Positions 40,078 through 49,861 are shown, counted from the stretch's first letter. The stretch is DNA of 64,000 bases from Myxococcota bacterium (GCA_965140415.1 OZ223209.1:4352001-4416000), one strand, 5' to 3'. Program-made: numbers and translations. The notes: a model not told the origin generated them from the letters alone.

Positions 40078-40854
40078 CTAATATTCACAGCAGCGAAAAC
40101 CGATCCGTGGTCCGGAAAGGTCGCGATAGGTATCCGCTCCGAAATCGTAATCGCAGCGAAGCACATCCTCCACATTGGCGAAACTACCGCCGCGTATCCG
40201 ACAAGCACCCAACTCCCCGGCGCCGGTACTGCAAACCCCAGTCCATTCGATAACGTTGCCGCTCATATCCCACAGATGCTCTTTGCCTCCTTCGCAGGAG
40301 GTGAACGCGCCAACCGGAGAAGGCGCTTCCACACCCATCGAAAAGCCATTGCAGGCGAATGGATCGAATTCGTCCCCGTAAGGGTAGTTTAAACGTCGAT
40401 TGTTCGAGCAGGCGAGATACCACATATCTTCTTCCGGCTCTTCCCATTCTCCCTTGCATAGTTCTTTACCGGCCCACTGGCAATACGCCTGGGCATCGCA
40501 CCAGTCCACACAGGTTGCCGGACGATCCCCGCGTTCTCCCTCCGGCCAGTCGCAAGTCGGCTCGAAGGTTTCTTTCCAGGAACAATGCTCACTGAGCGGA
40601 TCGATCTGGGGAGAGCTTTGCAGAAAGGCACGATACTGATCGCGTGTCACTTCCGTCGCATCGATGCTGAAAAACCCGAAGTCGATCATGCGCCCGATAT
40701 CTTCCGACGGAGGGTAATAGTAATCCTCCGGTTCATCCGGACAACCGGCCATACCGAAAGTCAGAACCAACACGGCAACGCCAATCAAGACGCGCCAACA
40801 CCAACTCTTGATTCTGCCGATTCCGCAATCCACTTTTACACGTGCGCTATCCAC
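40078..40854 (-). CDS. FGE-sulfatase (SUMF1/EgtB/PvdO) domain lipoprotein
   Basis: Lipobox MAGC; FSIDATEVT, P..CVDWCDA.AYC.WAGK, DMSGNVIEW, RGGSF, GFRCC. Start uncertain (GTG 40854). Confidence 0.88.
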   Translation of the reverse strand: MDSARVKVDCGIGRIKSWCWRVLIGVAVLVLTFGMAGCPDEPEDYYYPPSEDIGRMIDFGFFSIDATEVTRDQYRAFLQSSPQIDPLSEHCSWKETFEPTCDWPEGERGDRPATCVDWCDAQAYCQWAGKELCKGEWEEPEEDMWYLACSNNRRLNYPYGDEFDPFACNGFSMGVEAPSPVGAFTSCEGGKEHLWDMSGNVIEWTGVCSTGAGELGACRIRGGSFANVEDVLRCDYDFGADTYRDLSGPRIGFRCCEY

Positions 40855-41349
40855 ACGTCGCCCCTTTTGAAAATGGCCTACCCGTAAACGGGTCTGACTC
40901 AAAGTCAAGGCTAACTTCTCAGAATGATTTTCCAATCCTAATCCACCACTACTCCCTAGCACCGGTAAGGCAAAAAGTCAAGTTATTTCTTATATTTCTA
41001 TAACTTCTACAATAAGTTTCCGTTCTCGAATCCTGCCTACACCCACAACCTTCCGGAAATTGATTTTTACCTGCATTTACTACGACTTTCGGTCGGTGAA
41101 ACCGATGCACCCCGAAAATTGCACATGATATCCATTCTTAATTATCGGCCATTATACCAGATTCATTACCTAATTTTATAGGAAGGAGGGTCGGTTTTGC
41201 CAACTGTGACCAGGGAAACACAACGAAAGAAGGGTTTTTTCACGAATTCTACCATCAGCTAGTACTCCACGTTACAAATCAGATAAGCCAATGGCCACAT
41301 CGCGCAGGCCGCGCTTTTTTGAACCACTACTTAAAAACAGGAGGGATAA

Positions 41350-42045
41350 TCACAGACCTACAATACCGTCGATGCCAAAGCTGACCATGAAAATCTTGGT
41401 ATTGTGCTCGATTCCATCGGTCTTGAAAGGGGTATATTGGAACGACACTTCGGCATTGAATCCCAGATGTGCGCTGCGCAGCATCAATCCCACGGCAGGC
41501 TGCACGTTCCAGGTGTGCGCATTCTTGAATTGCTTGCCGATATTCGTATCTTCGCTGTTTACATTAATGAAGGTATACCCTGCGCTTGCACGCAAGTACG
41601 GGGTAATGACGTTGCTCGGATAAAGGAAACGGAATCCACCGTTTGCATTGATCTGATAGAACTTGGTGGTGGAAATAGCCAGTTCATCATCTTCACCGGC
41701 ATCATTCAGGAATAAAGCCTGAAATTCCGGAACGATGCAAATGGTCATCCAGGAAACCGGAAAATACTCGATTACGCCTTTAACGCCACCGCTGATGGCC
41801 AGTGGTTTCGTACTTTCCACTTTCTTATTCGCCGAATCCGTCGCCTCCGAATAAAAAGCGCCATCGATGATGTAACTTCCCATCAGGCTGAACAGAAATT
41901 CGTTTCCATTCGCATAGTCGACCTTCTCCGCTTCCTCCAGGCCCACTCCATCCGAAGCTTCCGCCCCGTTTTGCTCGTCCTGAGCATAGGCGAAAGAACT
42001 CAGCAACAGACATAAGAACGCAGCCATGAGAAGTTGCTTCAGCAT
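41350..42045 (-). CDS. Outer-membrane beta-barrel protein (OmpA/OmpW-like 8-strand)
   Basis: Signal peptide AYA; ITPYLRASAGYT strand; RBS GAGGAGG. Confidence 0.75.
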   Translation of the reverse strand: MLKQLLMAAFLCLLLSSFAYAQDEQNGAEASDGVGLEEAEKVDYANGNEFLFSLMGSYIIDGAFYSEATDSANKKVESTKPLAISGGVKGVIEYFPVSWMTICIVPEFQALFLNDAGEDDELAISTTKFYQINANGGFRFLYPSNVITPYLRASAGYTFINVNSEDTNIGKQFKNAHTWNVQPAVGLMLRSAHLGFNAEVSFQYTPFKTDGIEHNTKIFMVSFGIDGIVGL

Positions 42046-42362
42046 CGATATCCTCCTCGGTAAACACTTGAAATTACAAGCAAGCGTATTCGAGTTGCCT
42101 GGTTACGGACACGTCTTCCCGTCTATTTCAACAGGTAAAAAACCAAACTCGGAAACGCGCTGCCAAATTTGTACTAAATCTTGGAATCGGATCATAACAT
42201 GCACGAAGGGATTAATCAGCAAAAAAATATCGCCATTCCATTCAATTAAGGAAAAAGCCCGCAATTTCAGAAAATCACGAATTCTTTCTCTTACTTTTCG
42301 GAGTCCATCGAATAGCACTTTGAAATCCCAAATTCTAAATAAAGACATTTTTGTGAAAAAGG

Positions 42363-42391
42363 TTGCAATGACGACCCGGCTTAGATATTGT
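42363..42391 (+). promoter_or_regulatory. Putative sigma70 promoter
   Basis: TTGCAA-17bp-TATTGT upstream of ATG 42491. Confidence 0.45.
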
Positions 42392-42490
42392 CGTACGGAC
42401 GATTTTTCGTTGGGATTTCAAAAAATCCAAACTATAAAGCATGGAATTTTATTGCTTTCGACCACATTTTTGGGAAGGAGAGTTGTCGTG

Positions 42491-44194
42491 ATGAAACGAG
42501 CGTTGTGGCTGTCCATTATTTTCTGTCTTGTCCTACCGGTTGTTTCTTTAATCGGTTGCAGTTCGGAAATGGACGAAGACGATTGGGTAGACGCGCTGCG
42601 CGACAAGCGAACCCGCGATCAAGCCCTGATGTACGTTCAGGAACACCGAACGAAAAAAGCGGTTCCGGTGCTGCTCAGCTTGATCCAAAAACGCTATAGC
42701 ACGCTGAAAGCGATCTACACCCTGGGTATCATTGGTGATCCCGTTGCCGTTCCGCCTTTGCTTGAAGTGCTCAATTCTGTCGTCACCAAAGACAGTTTGG
42801 ACCACGACCGTATGTCCGAGCAGATCTGCATGGCGCTGGGCATGATCGGTAATTCAACCGCCGTTCCCCCGATGATCAAATTGCTGGACAATCCGCAGTC
42901 CGGTGAAATGGGACGCGCCGGTGCGGTGCAGGCCATCGGCATGATCGGTGATCCGCGCGGCACGGAAAAACTGATTGAGGTTCTCAAGAACGAAAAAGAA
43001 AAGCTGCTGATTCGCCACTATGCTGCCATTGCGTTAGGTCGCATCAAGGCCAAAGAAGCGGCGGATGCGTTGGTTTACGCCCTTTACGTCGACGACGAAA
43101 CCGGACGTAACCTGTTCCGCGACGGTCAGCTTTCGTTGTTGCAGATCGGTGGCGAAGCCGCTCGTAACGCCCTGATCAAGGGATACGAACTGAAGAACGA
43201 AGATGTGACGACAGTTGCCAAGAAAATCGAATTGAAAGACGAGTGGGTCAAAATCAAAGCCATCAACGTCATGGGTCAACTCCGTGATCCGAAGATGGCC
43301 GATTTCATGATGGGCGAACTGGACAAGGCGCTGAAAAATGAATTGGTCTATGAAATCGAAGCCAAGTTGATTCAAGCGCTGGCTTTTACTCCGCTGAGTA
43401 AAGAACAAAAAGGAAAGATCGCTGATGCCTTCCTAAAAAGAGTCACCGGCACCGAGTTCTTGAACGAACGCGAACTGCTTTCGCAGGTGCTCATCAAGAA
43501 CAATGCAACCGAAAAGCTGGACGACATCATGAAACTGGCGGAAGCCGGCGATATCAGAATGAAAAACGCCAAGGGCCAGTACAAGGAATTCTCTCAGCAT
43601 TGCGTGGCAGCGGCTAACATCGTTTCCTTGTTGGGCGATCAGTCGTTTGCCGATCGCTTCGACGCCTTTGTTAAAGAAGGCAAATGCGTTTCCGACATCT
43701 GGGGTCTGAAAAAGAAAACCCCCGAATTGCTGGCCGAATTCAACCAGCGCATGAAAGCCGCCAAAGAATGCGGCAACAACATGGCCTGCTGGCAGGGTAA
43801 ACTGGCTTCCAAAGATTGGCCCGTGGTCGAGAAAGCAGTCATGACGTTGGCCAACACCGGTGACAACAAATACATGCCTGACATCATGAAGGTTTTGACC
43901 TTCCCGAATCAGCAAGTACGCGAAGCCACCGAATACGCCATCTGGAAACTGGCCACCCCGGAACTGCTGCCGCAGTTGATCCGTTACTGGCAGGATCAGA
44001 AGATCAATCGCGAATTCCAGAAGGTTACCGAAAACATCGGCTACATCATCTTCCTGCATATGCGTGACTGGAACATGGACAGCCCGGAAAAACGTCGCGA
44101 AGTCATGCGCGAAGCGGAAGCGCTTCGTGGCACCGGCAAAGGCTTGCTGTTGCCGCAGGCAGAAGACGATCTCGCCCCCGAACCGGCCAACTAA
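42491..44194 (+). CDS. HEAT-repeat (PBS lyase-like) lipoprotein
   Basis: RBS AAGGAG; lipobox LIGC; repeated A..LG.IGD..AVP.L units. Confidence 0.88.
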   Translation: MKRALWLSIIFCLVLPVVSLIGCSSEMDEDDWVDALRDKRTRDQALMYVQEHRTKKAVPVLLSLIQKRYSTLKAIYTLGIIGDPVAVPPLLEVLNSVVTKDSLDHDRMSEQICMALGMIGNSTAVPPMIKLLDNPQSGEMGRAGAVQAIGMIGDPRGTEKLIEVLKNEKEKLLIRHYAAIALGRIKAKEAADALVYALYVDDETGRNLFRDGQLSLLQIGGEAARNALIKGYELKNEDVTTVAKKIELKDEWVKIKAINVMGQLRDPKMADFMMGELDKALKNELVYEIEAKLIQALAFTPLSKEQKGKIADAFLKRVTGTEFLNERELLSQVLIKNNATEKLDDIMKLAEAGDIRMKNAKGQYKEFSQHCVAAANIVSLLGDQSFADRFDAFVKEGKCVSDIWGLKKKTPELLAEFNQRMKAAKECGNNMACWQGKLASKDWPVVEKAVMTLANTGDNKYMPDIMKVLTFPNQQVREATEYAIWKLATPELLPQLIRYWQDQKINREFQKVTENIGYIIFLHMRDWNMDSPEKRREVMREAEALRGTGKGLLLPQAEDDLAPEPAN

Positions 44195-44217
44195 ATCGTA
44201 CCCGGTTGTAAACGATC

Positions 44218-44251
44218 AACGCCCTCCCGATATCGGGAGGGCGTTTTTTTT
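44218..44251 (+). terminator. Rho-independent terminator
   Basis: AACGCCCTCCCGAT/ATCGGGAGGGCGTT perfect inverted repeat followed by a T run. Confidence 0.88.
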
Positions 44252-44271
44252 ATGGAGCATCGAATATTGTA

Positions 44272-44330
44272 TGTCGGGTGATTTCACCCGACAATTCCTG
44301 GATGGATCGGGATTGCAATCCCGATCCATC
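44272..44330. repeat. Two REP-like palindromes
   Basis: TGTCGGGTGA-tt-TCACCCGACA (44272-44293) and a perfect 30-bp palindrome GATGGATCGGGATTGCAATCCCGATCCATC (44301-44330). Confidence 0.75.
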
Positions 44331-44386
44331 TTAGGGCACCCACTTCCAATCAATCAAATCAACTAATGGTAACGTCTAAACCACAC

Positions 44387-44917
44387 TCACCGAATATAGA
44401 GCCAATGCAACAACTGCTCCCACAAAGCCATGAAATAACGCTGTGCTTCAGGATCGACAACCTTCGTCGACCACACATGCTTCCCGACTCCGATCTGGCA
44501 TAACACATATTCGCCTAACGCCATCTGGCCGATGGCCACCATGCCGCAGGCGAATTGCCCCAAGCCGAACAAGCCACCCATCGCGAACTGGGCGATCACC
44601 ACCAATCCGGCAATAAACTGACCGAAACCGAAAAGCAGCCCCACGCCGAATTGAGCCACGGTAATCAAACCGATGGCGAACCAGCCGATGGCGATGATTC
44701 CCTTGGCGACCAGCAGTTTTCCCGTCTGCTGATCGAAACCAATGGCGATGTGTACCAGCGGCCAGCCCAATAGCGACGTTTCGCTTTTCCATTGCCAACC
44801 CCAGCGCTTGCGCCGCACGACAACCGGAACCTCTCGCAAAGGATACCCGCAATGCGGGCAGGAATATGCTTTTTCGCTGATACTGCTTTGGCATTCAGGA
44901 CAGGAAATGTAGGCCAT
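44387..44917 (-). CDS. Zinc-ribbon domain membrane protein
   Basis: CPEC..ISEKA.SCPHCGYP, followed by GWPLVHIA..AKGIIAIG and Gly-rich hydrophobic repeats. Confidence 0.82.
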   Translation of the reverse strand: MAYISCPECQSSISEKAYSCPHCGYPLREVPVVVRRKRWGWQWKSETSLLGWPLVHIAIGFDQQTGKLLVAKGIIAIGWFAIGLITVAQFGVGLLFGFGQFIAGLVVIAQFAMGGLFGLGQFACGMVAIGQMALGEYVLCQIGVGKHVWSTKVVDPEAQRYFMALWEQLLHWLYIR

Positions 44918-44943
44918 GCTCGTCTACCTCGACCTTAGATATA

Positions 44944-44963
44944 TAATGAGTGAACGCTCATTA
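44944..44963. promoter_or_regulatory. Palindromic operator-like site (TetR-type)
   Basis: TAATGAG-tgaacg-CTCATTA, 26 bp upstream of the 44917 start. Confidence 0.5.
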
Positions 44964-45046
44964 CATACCACTGGGAAACGCAGCTTGCAAGCCTTAGACG
45001 AGAAACACGGCGCTATTCAATTAACGGATTTTCCGCAACGGTAGCT

Positions 45047-45073
45047 GTAGGTTGGTCAGATTTTCTGCCCGAC
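45047..45073 (+). repeat. GTAG-type REP-like palindrome
   Basis: GTAG-GTTGGTCAGATTTTCTGCCCGAC; closely similar to the reverse complement of 51628-51654, including the following AATATTGA. Confidence 0.7.
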
Positions 45074-45117
45074 AATATTGACTAACCATTCAATTGCATT
45101 TTACGATGAGATTGAGT

Positions 45118-46401
45118 TTACAGCTTGGCTCCGGCGCTGAAAGCACGCAGGGGAGCGGTCGCCTTTTTAATCCAGCGTGGCGTTTTGCTTTTTGTCGCTT
45201 CCGGTTCCGGAATCGGCAGTGCGATCGTATAGCAATCATCCTGTACGGAAGGCAGCGAGTTGACGAAAGCGGCCAGGTCGGTATTGCGTTTGTTGCTGCG
45301 ACCTTCGTAGGTTTGCAAACGTTCTTGTACGATCTCGAAAGCGACGCTGAAACCATGCGTCATGTTGCCTTTGAGCATGCTTTTATTGTGCCACAAGTTG
45401 TACGCAACGATGCGCAAGGCTTCGCTGTAAAGCGAGAGCCAGGAACTGCCGTGGCCTTCGTGACGAATGTAGGCGGCCTGTGGTTGTCCCTGCTGCAACA
45501 ATTGCAGAAAACGTTGGGCCGGGTCGTAGGGCTCGTGGGAGCGATATTGAACGACGGTCACCACGCGATCCAGATTGCGCAGGTGAGCGTCGGAGCCTGC
45601 CAGCGCGATTTGAGGTTTGCCGTTGGCGGATTCGAGCAGATCGAGATACGCCAGCGCCTGGGCTTTTCCCTGGCAATGTTCGCGTACCTGTTTCGAATTT
45701 TTACAGGCGGTATTATGAAAAGCAACCCATTTCGCCAAATAAGGATAAGTCGAATCCGGGAAACCGCCGTTTAGCACTTCGACCGCGCGTGCGTTGACCA
45801 GCAGTTTCTGAAGCTGCTCGAAGGTCAAATCGTTTCCATCCATGGGATGCGGAACGGCGTAGGCGTAGCCGTGCGATTCCACGAATTCAAGCACGAGTTC
45901 AAAAAGCGCTTCCGGCGCTTCGTCCGGGGCGCAGGCATCGTACAAGAATTCCAGATCCTGCTGAACCAGGCCGTAATGCTGCCGGTTTTCCGTTTGGCGC
46001 AATTGCGGCGGTCCGTAAACAATAATCTCCGGTGCGCGCAGCCAACTGCCGTCCTCGCCCTTGACGACGCAGCTTATTTCCGCGCCGACAATGACACTGC
46101 TGTATGTCTCGGCCAGTCGCAGATTGGAAGGATGCAGCACGTGAGCGCGTTTGGACATGTGATCGGTGATGCACATCACGTCGATATCCGACTCATGCCC
46201 GGAAGCGAATTTCTCCAGCATATGGAAGGAAATCAGCGCCTCTTTCCAGTAAAGGTCGTCGGCCCGTTCCTCTCCGACCAGGCGACAGATGCCGTCGCGC
46301 ACGTATGGATATAGCGGGCTGGCGGGTCCGTCGGAAGCCTGGCTATGCAGGTGTGTGATAAGCCGGTGTGTCTGTTTGTTTGGTTCGTGGTGTTTGATCA
46401 T
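45118..46401 (-). CDS. PHP (polymerase/histidinol phosphatase)-like metal-dependent phosphoesterase
   Basis: THLHS.ASDG, ITDH, GAE, VPHP, EVLNG, GSDAH motifs. Confidence 0.82.
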   Translation of the reverse strand: MIKHHEPNKQTHRLITHLHSQASDGPASPLYPYVRDGICRLVGEERADDLYWKEALISFHMLEKFASGHESDIDVMCITDHMSKRAHVLHPSNLRLAETYSSVIVGAEISCVVKGEDGSWLRAPEIIVYGPPQLRQTENRQHYGLVQQDLEFLYDACAPDEAPEALFELVLEFVESHGYAYAVPHPMDGNDLTFEQLQKLLVNARAVEVLNGGFPDSTYPYLAKWVAFHNTACKNSKQVREHCQGKAQALAYLDLLESANGKPQIALAGSDAHLRNLDRVVTVVQYRSHEPYDPAQRFLQLLQQGQPQAAYIRHEGHGSSWLSLYSEALRIVAYNLWHNKSMLKGNMTHGFSVAFEIVQERLQTYEGRSNKRNTDLAAFVNSLPSVQDDCYTIALPIPEPEATKSKTPRWIKKATAPLRAFSAGAKL

Positions 46402-46749
46402 GTCCCAACTGACTGTATGTATTCGTTTGGCGTTCGTACAGCTACGGAGTCCGAAGCTACTTCGTCAAATGCCAACATGTGAAAGATAATGCTGCCACGG
46501 CGCCGTATCGGAAGCCATGACGAGAACTTTTTGAAAGTGTGATACACGTCGCAAGCAATTTAGGCTCGCGCGAAAGTATGAACGATTCTGCTTTGTTCGA
46601 ACGGGAAGGAAATGGTTGATCTCCTTGTTGAATGCAGGTAAACCTCCCCGCTGAATCCAGAATATTTTAACTATCGGAATGCAAAAAGTCAAGGCAAATG
46701 CACTGGTTGGTGTAAATCGAAGCAGTAGCTAAGGGGCTGGCCCTCCGTT

Positions 46750-46774
46750 GGAGCAGTGGCTCCAGTCCTGCTCC
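46750..46774. repeat. REP-like palindrome with GGCTCC.GTC loop
   Basis: GGAGCAG-TGGCTCCAGTC-CTGCTCC; intact relative of the IS4 target/flank sequences at 58.9-61.6 kb. Confidence 0.65.
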
Positions 46775-46805
46775 TAGTGCTTGTCTTGGGCAAGCCCCCA
46801 AAACC

Positions 46806-46835
46806 AAAAACGGCGCAGAGAGTGACTCTGCGCCG
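46806..46835 (-). terminator. Rho-independent terminator of the acyltransferase gene
   Basis: On the minus strand CGGCGCAGAG-TCACT-CTCTGCGCCG-TTTTT. Confidence 0.8.
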
Positions 46836-46856
46836 GGAATTCAAACTGTGTGTGTA

Positions 46857-47684
46857 CTACGCTGCGGGCAGCGGTTTTTGATCGCGGGGCAGACGTTCGC
46901 GGAACAGTTCCCAGACTTCCATGATTTTCTCGTCCATGTTTTCCAGGGTCCAGTCGCTGGTGTCGATGGGAGGCAGCACTTCCATCGTAACCGGAACGGG
47001 TTTGACCATCAACGAGCCGGGTTTCCAGCAATGATGCGCGCCGCTGACGACGAAGGGAATAATCGGCAGGCCGGTTTGAACGGCCATGTGAGCGAAGCCC
47101 TTTTTAAAGGCTTTCAGGCGACCGTCGCGCGAGCGGGTGCCTTCCGGCCAGATAAAGGCGCTAAGCCCGTTTTCCTCCATATATTCGCTCATTTCACGCA
47201 TGCTGTTTTTGGCTTTATCCGTATTGCTGCGATCGATGACCAGATGGCCGGAGAGCGCGTAAACCTGTCCGAAAAAGGGAATACGCAGGATTTCTTTTTT
47301 CGCGACGCCGCTGGTGCCGGGAGGCGTGCGGCTCATGGCGAGAAAAAGGTCGAGCACGGAAGTATGATTCGAGATGTAGATGCCGGGGGTTTTCTTTTTC
47401 AATTGTTCTTTGTTGATGATTTTCAGCTTGCAGCCGGAGATGGTCACCATGCCGCGCCCGGCGAAATTTCCGAAGCGGCTGGTGGCGCGCAGTCGCAGCA
47501 GGCGGCTGGGCAAAATCAGCAATAACAACATGAAATGAAGCGTAAAGGTCACCGCCATAAACGAAAAGCCAACAACGGCCTTTAATAGGCTGATCAGGCG
47601 CTGCCAAGTTTTAATCAGGATATTTGGGTTTGCAATCGTAATGCCGAGATCGCTCATAATCTTGCTTCCTCCCGTTTGCGCCAT
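46857..47684 (-). CDS. plsC: 1-acyl-sn-glycerol-3-phosphate (lysophospholipid) acyltransferase
   Basis: NHTS.LD, AKKE, IDR, WPEGTRS, FKKG motifs. Confidence 0.9.
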   Translation of the reverse strand: MAQTGGSKIMSDLGITIANPNILIKTWQRLISLLKAVVGFSFMAVTFTLHFMLLLLILPSRLLRLRATSRFGNFAGRGMVTISGCKLKIINKEQLKKKTPGIYISNHTSVLDLFLAMSRTPPGTSGVAKKEILRIPFFGQVYALSGHLVIDRSNTDKAKNSMREMSEYMEENGLSAFIWPEGTRSRDGRLKAFKKGFAHMAVQTGLPIIPFVVSGAHHCWKPGSLMVKPVPVTMEVLPPIDTSDWTLENMDEKIMEVWELFRERLPRDQKPLPAA

Positions 47685-47794
47685 GTTGCAGCACAGGGCA
47701 ATTTCGTTGACACTCGCCAGGCATCATAGCGCATCTTGGAAAGGCGCATTGTAAAAGTAATGTAAAAATAGGAAATATGGGATGAAAGAGAAGT

Positions 47795-47967
47795 GATTAC
47801 AATGAGATAAAGATTCAGGGCATGTCGGGCAGATGTCTTGCCCAACATGAATTTGAAAAGGTCGGGGTAAGAAATTCTCGACGATTACAATGAAAGATTC
47901 AGGATCGGTCGGGAAAAAATCTTGTCCGATGGAAATTGGGAAATGTCGGGGTAAAAATTGCCCCGAC
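47795..47967. repeat. Degenerate tandem duplication (~87 bp x2) carrying four GTCGGG...CCCGAC-type hairpins
   Basis: GATTACAATGA..AAAGATTCAGG..GTCGGG..TCTTG.CC.A..GTCGGGGTAA.AA.T...CGAC repeated at 47795 and 47883. Confidence 0.7.
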
Positions 47968-48003
47968 TTCCTTCCACGGGAATTGAAGGTTTCAGCCATC
48001 TTT

Positions 48004-49425
48004 TCAGCGGCGTCTTCCTTTTCCTTTTTCCTTCTGCTTCGGTTCGGCCTGTGTCTTCACTTCTTCAACCGTTTGTTGGTCAGGATATGTGACTTCATCA
48101 TACCTGTAGACAGACCATGCTCCACTTTTCCAGTAGCAATCCACACCATCCCGCTTTTCTCCTTTTTGTACTTTAAAATTTATTGGGATTCTGTATGTCG
48201 TGCCTTCGGGTTTGGTTTCCGCGCCAAACCCGGAAACGGAAAACGTGCCTATACTATTGTAACGGTTATTATACTCATTATCCAAATAATAATAAGTCCC
48301 CGAAATTTCATTCGGACGAACATTGCCGAGATCCGTCGAGGAAAATTCAAGCAAAAGCCGTATGGACTTCTTGTCCGTCGATGACGAATTCTTTTCCACC
48401 AACATCAGGCTCGGGATTTGCAGGATTTCCGGGGAAAGGGACAACAATGAGTAGCGGGCTTCTTTGCCTTTTTCTGTCTCGCCGCTGACCTTCTTTTCCT
48501 CTCCGGGCAGCAGAGTCAGAAAATAGGTTTGCCACACTTCGATCTGGAGGAGCATTTGAACTGCGACCTTGCCGTTATTCTTGATGATGAGATCATATGG
48601 ATTGGAAAAGGCCGGGCTGAATTTCTTTGTGTAGGAAACTTTCAAGGGCACCGACTTTTTCAGCCGGGCATCCACTTCTTCCATCCACGGCTTCAGATAC
48701 GCGTTCAGGCTTTTATTAATTGGTGAATGCGGATGCGATTTCATCAATTCCGCCGCCGCCTTGGGATCGCGGCTTTTAACAACATCGGCATAGGCTTTCG
48801 CGAGATCCGCCGGAACTACAAACAGATCGACCAGCGTTTTTTTTGTGTCGATTTCCGGCTTTTTCGGACATGCAAAGCTGCGCTTGCATTGTTTGCCTCG
48901 TCCCGAATACTTAGGTTTCTGACTGCATCCTGTGCCCTTGACATTGATCGCTTTTACGAACTTCTTTCCCGGCTGAATAAAAGTCACCTCGTAAATAGTG
49001 GTGGTTTTCCCTTTCGGCATCTTGTGTTCCAGAAACGCCAAGGGATATTTCGTTGTATTGATTATCGTCTGTGTGTGTTTAAAAGCCGTGTAGAAAGTGG
49101 GAGGGACACCGGAACCGCAGATTTGAAGAGCTTTCGCACTCTCTTCCATCATCCAGGTTACGTGAAATTTTTTACTGCCTGCCGGTGCAAGCTTGTTGGT
49201 GATCTTGATTTCTCCCGGTAGAACGTCCTTCATCAAGCGATAGGCTTCGCCAGCATCTTTCTCGGTCGGATTCGCTTCGATAAACGTCATATAGGCGTCC
49301 ACGGTATTTTCGCGTGTTACATCTTCGAAACTCATCGGAGCCTGCTCATCCTGACTCCAGGCAAACGATAAAAAGGAGAACATCGCAACACTCGCTATTA
49401 CGGCTACCCTGTTCATGAATCGCAT
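48004..49425 (-). CDS. Hypothetical secreted protein
   Basis: 473 aa, signal peptide ending AWS; no recognised domain. Confidence 0.75.
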   Translation of the reverse strand: MRFMNRVAVIASVAMFSFLSFAWSQDEQAPMSFEDVTRENTVDAYMTFIEANPTEKDAGEAYRLMKDVLPGEIKITNKLAPAGSKKFHVTWMMEESAKALQICGSGVPPTFYTAFKHTQTIINTTKYPLAFLEHKMPKGKTTTIYEVTFIQPGKKFVKAINVKGTGCSQKPKYSGRGKQCKRSFACPKKPEIDTKKTLVDLFVVPADLAKAYADVVKSRDPKAAAELMKSHPHSPINKSLNAYLKPWMEEVDARLKKSVPLKVSYTKKFSPAFSNPYDLIIKNNGKVAVQMLLQIEVWQTYFLTLLPGEEKKVSGETEKGKEARYSLLSLSPEILQIPSLMLVEKNSSSTDKKSIRLLLEFSSTDLGNVRPNEISGTYYYLDNEYNNRYNSIGTFSVSGFGAETKPEGTTYRIPINFKVQKGEKRDGVDCYWKSGAWSVYRYDEVTYPDQQTVEEVKTQAEPKQKEKGKGRRR

Positions 49426-49613
49426 AGTTGCACCCTTTCATGAGAAAGAAATTCAGAAAATCGATACTAAACGGAATGCAGCCAATCTATGCTTTTTCAA
49501 CAGGTTGTCAATCAAAATATTCGAAGAGACAGATAGAAGGCTGATTTGAAGTCGGATATTGCCCGACGCTGCGGCAGATGGCCTTTTTGGACGCTAACCG
49601 ACCGGTAAACGTA

Positions 49614-49754
49614 CACTAAATGACCGCTAGATGAACGTAAACGCGCAGTGCTCCAAACGCCGATGCTGCCTGCTGTTATCTCGTACTGCGATGCACTCCG
49701 ACGCGCTGCCTCATGCGGCGTGAAAGTGCACTGTCATGCACCGGTCATTTAGTG
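49614..49754. mobile_element. MITE-like element (141 bp)
   Basis: Perfect 13-bp TIR CACTAAATGACCG/CGGTCATTTAGTG, extending imperfectly inward; no clear target duplication. Confidence 0.65.
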
Positions 49755-49861
49755 CTTGTTTGGTGTTGGTTTCCCGGTCAAACAGGTGCTTTTGCGTACC
49801 GACTCGGACAGGGGATTCCATCGGGCTTGCATCGTTGAAAAAATAGCGATTGAGATAGCCG

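Noticed and set aside
42026-42490. N-terminal extensions in the ORF track (also 686-913, 12251-12427, 16721-16930, 52290-52457)
   Set aside because: Downstream starts have an RBS, signal peptide or domain start; the extensions cover intergenic DNA or other genes.
47795-47967. Possible CRISPR array
   Set aside because: Only two degenerate ~87-bp units, no constant repeat with unique spacers, and no cas genes; better explained as clustered REP-like hairpins.
49596-49775. 6S RNA or other long hairpin ncRNA
   Set aside because: Pairing is limited to the termini and the interior does not form a rod; a TIR element fits better.
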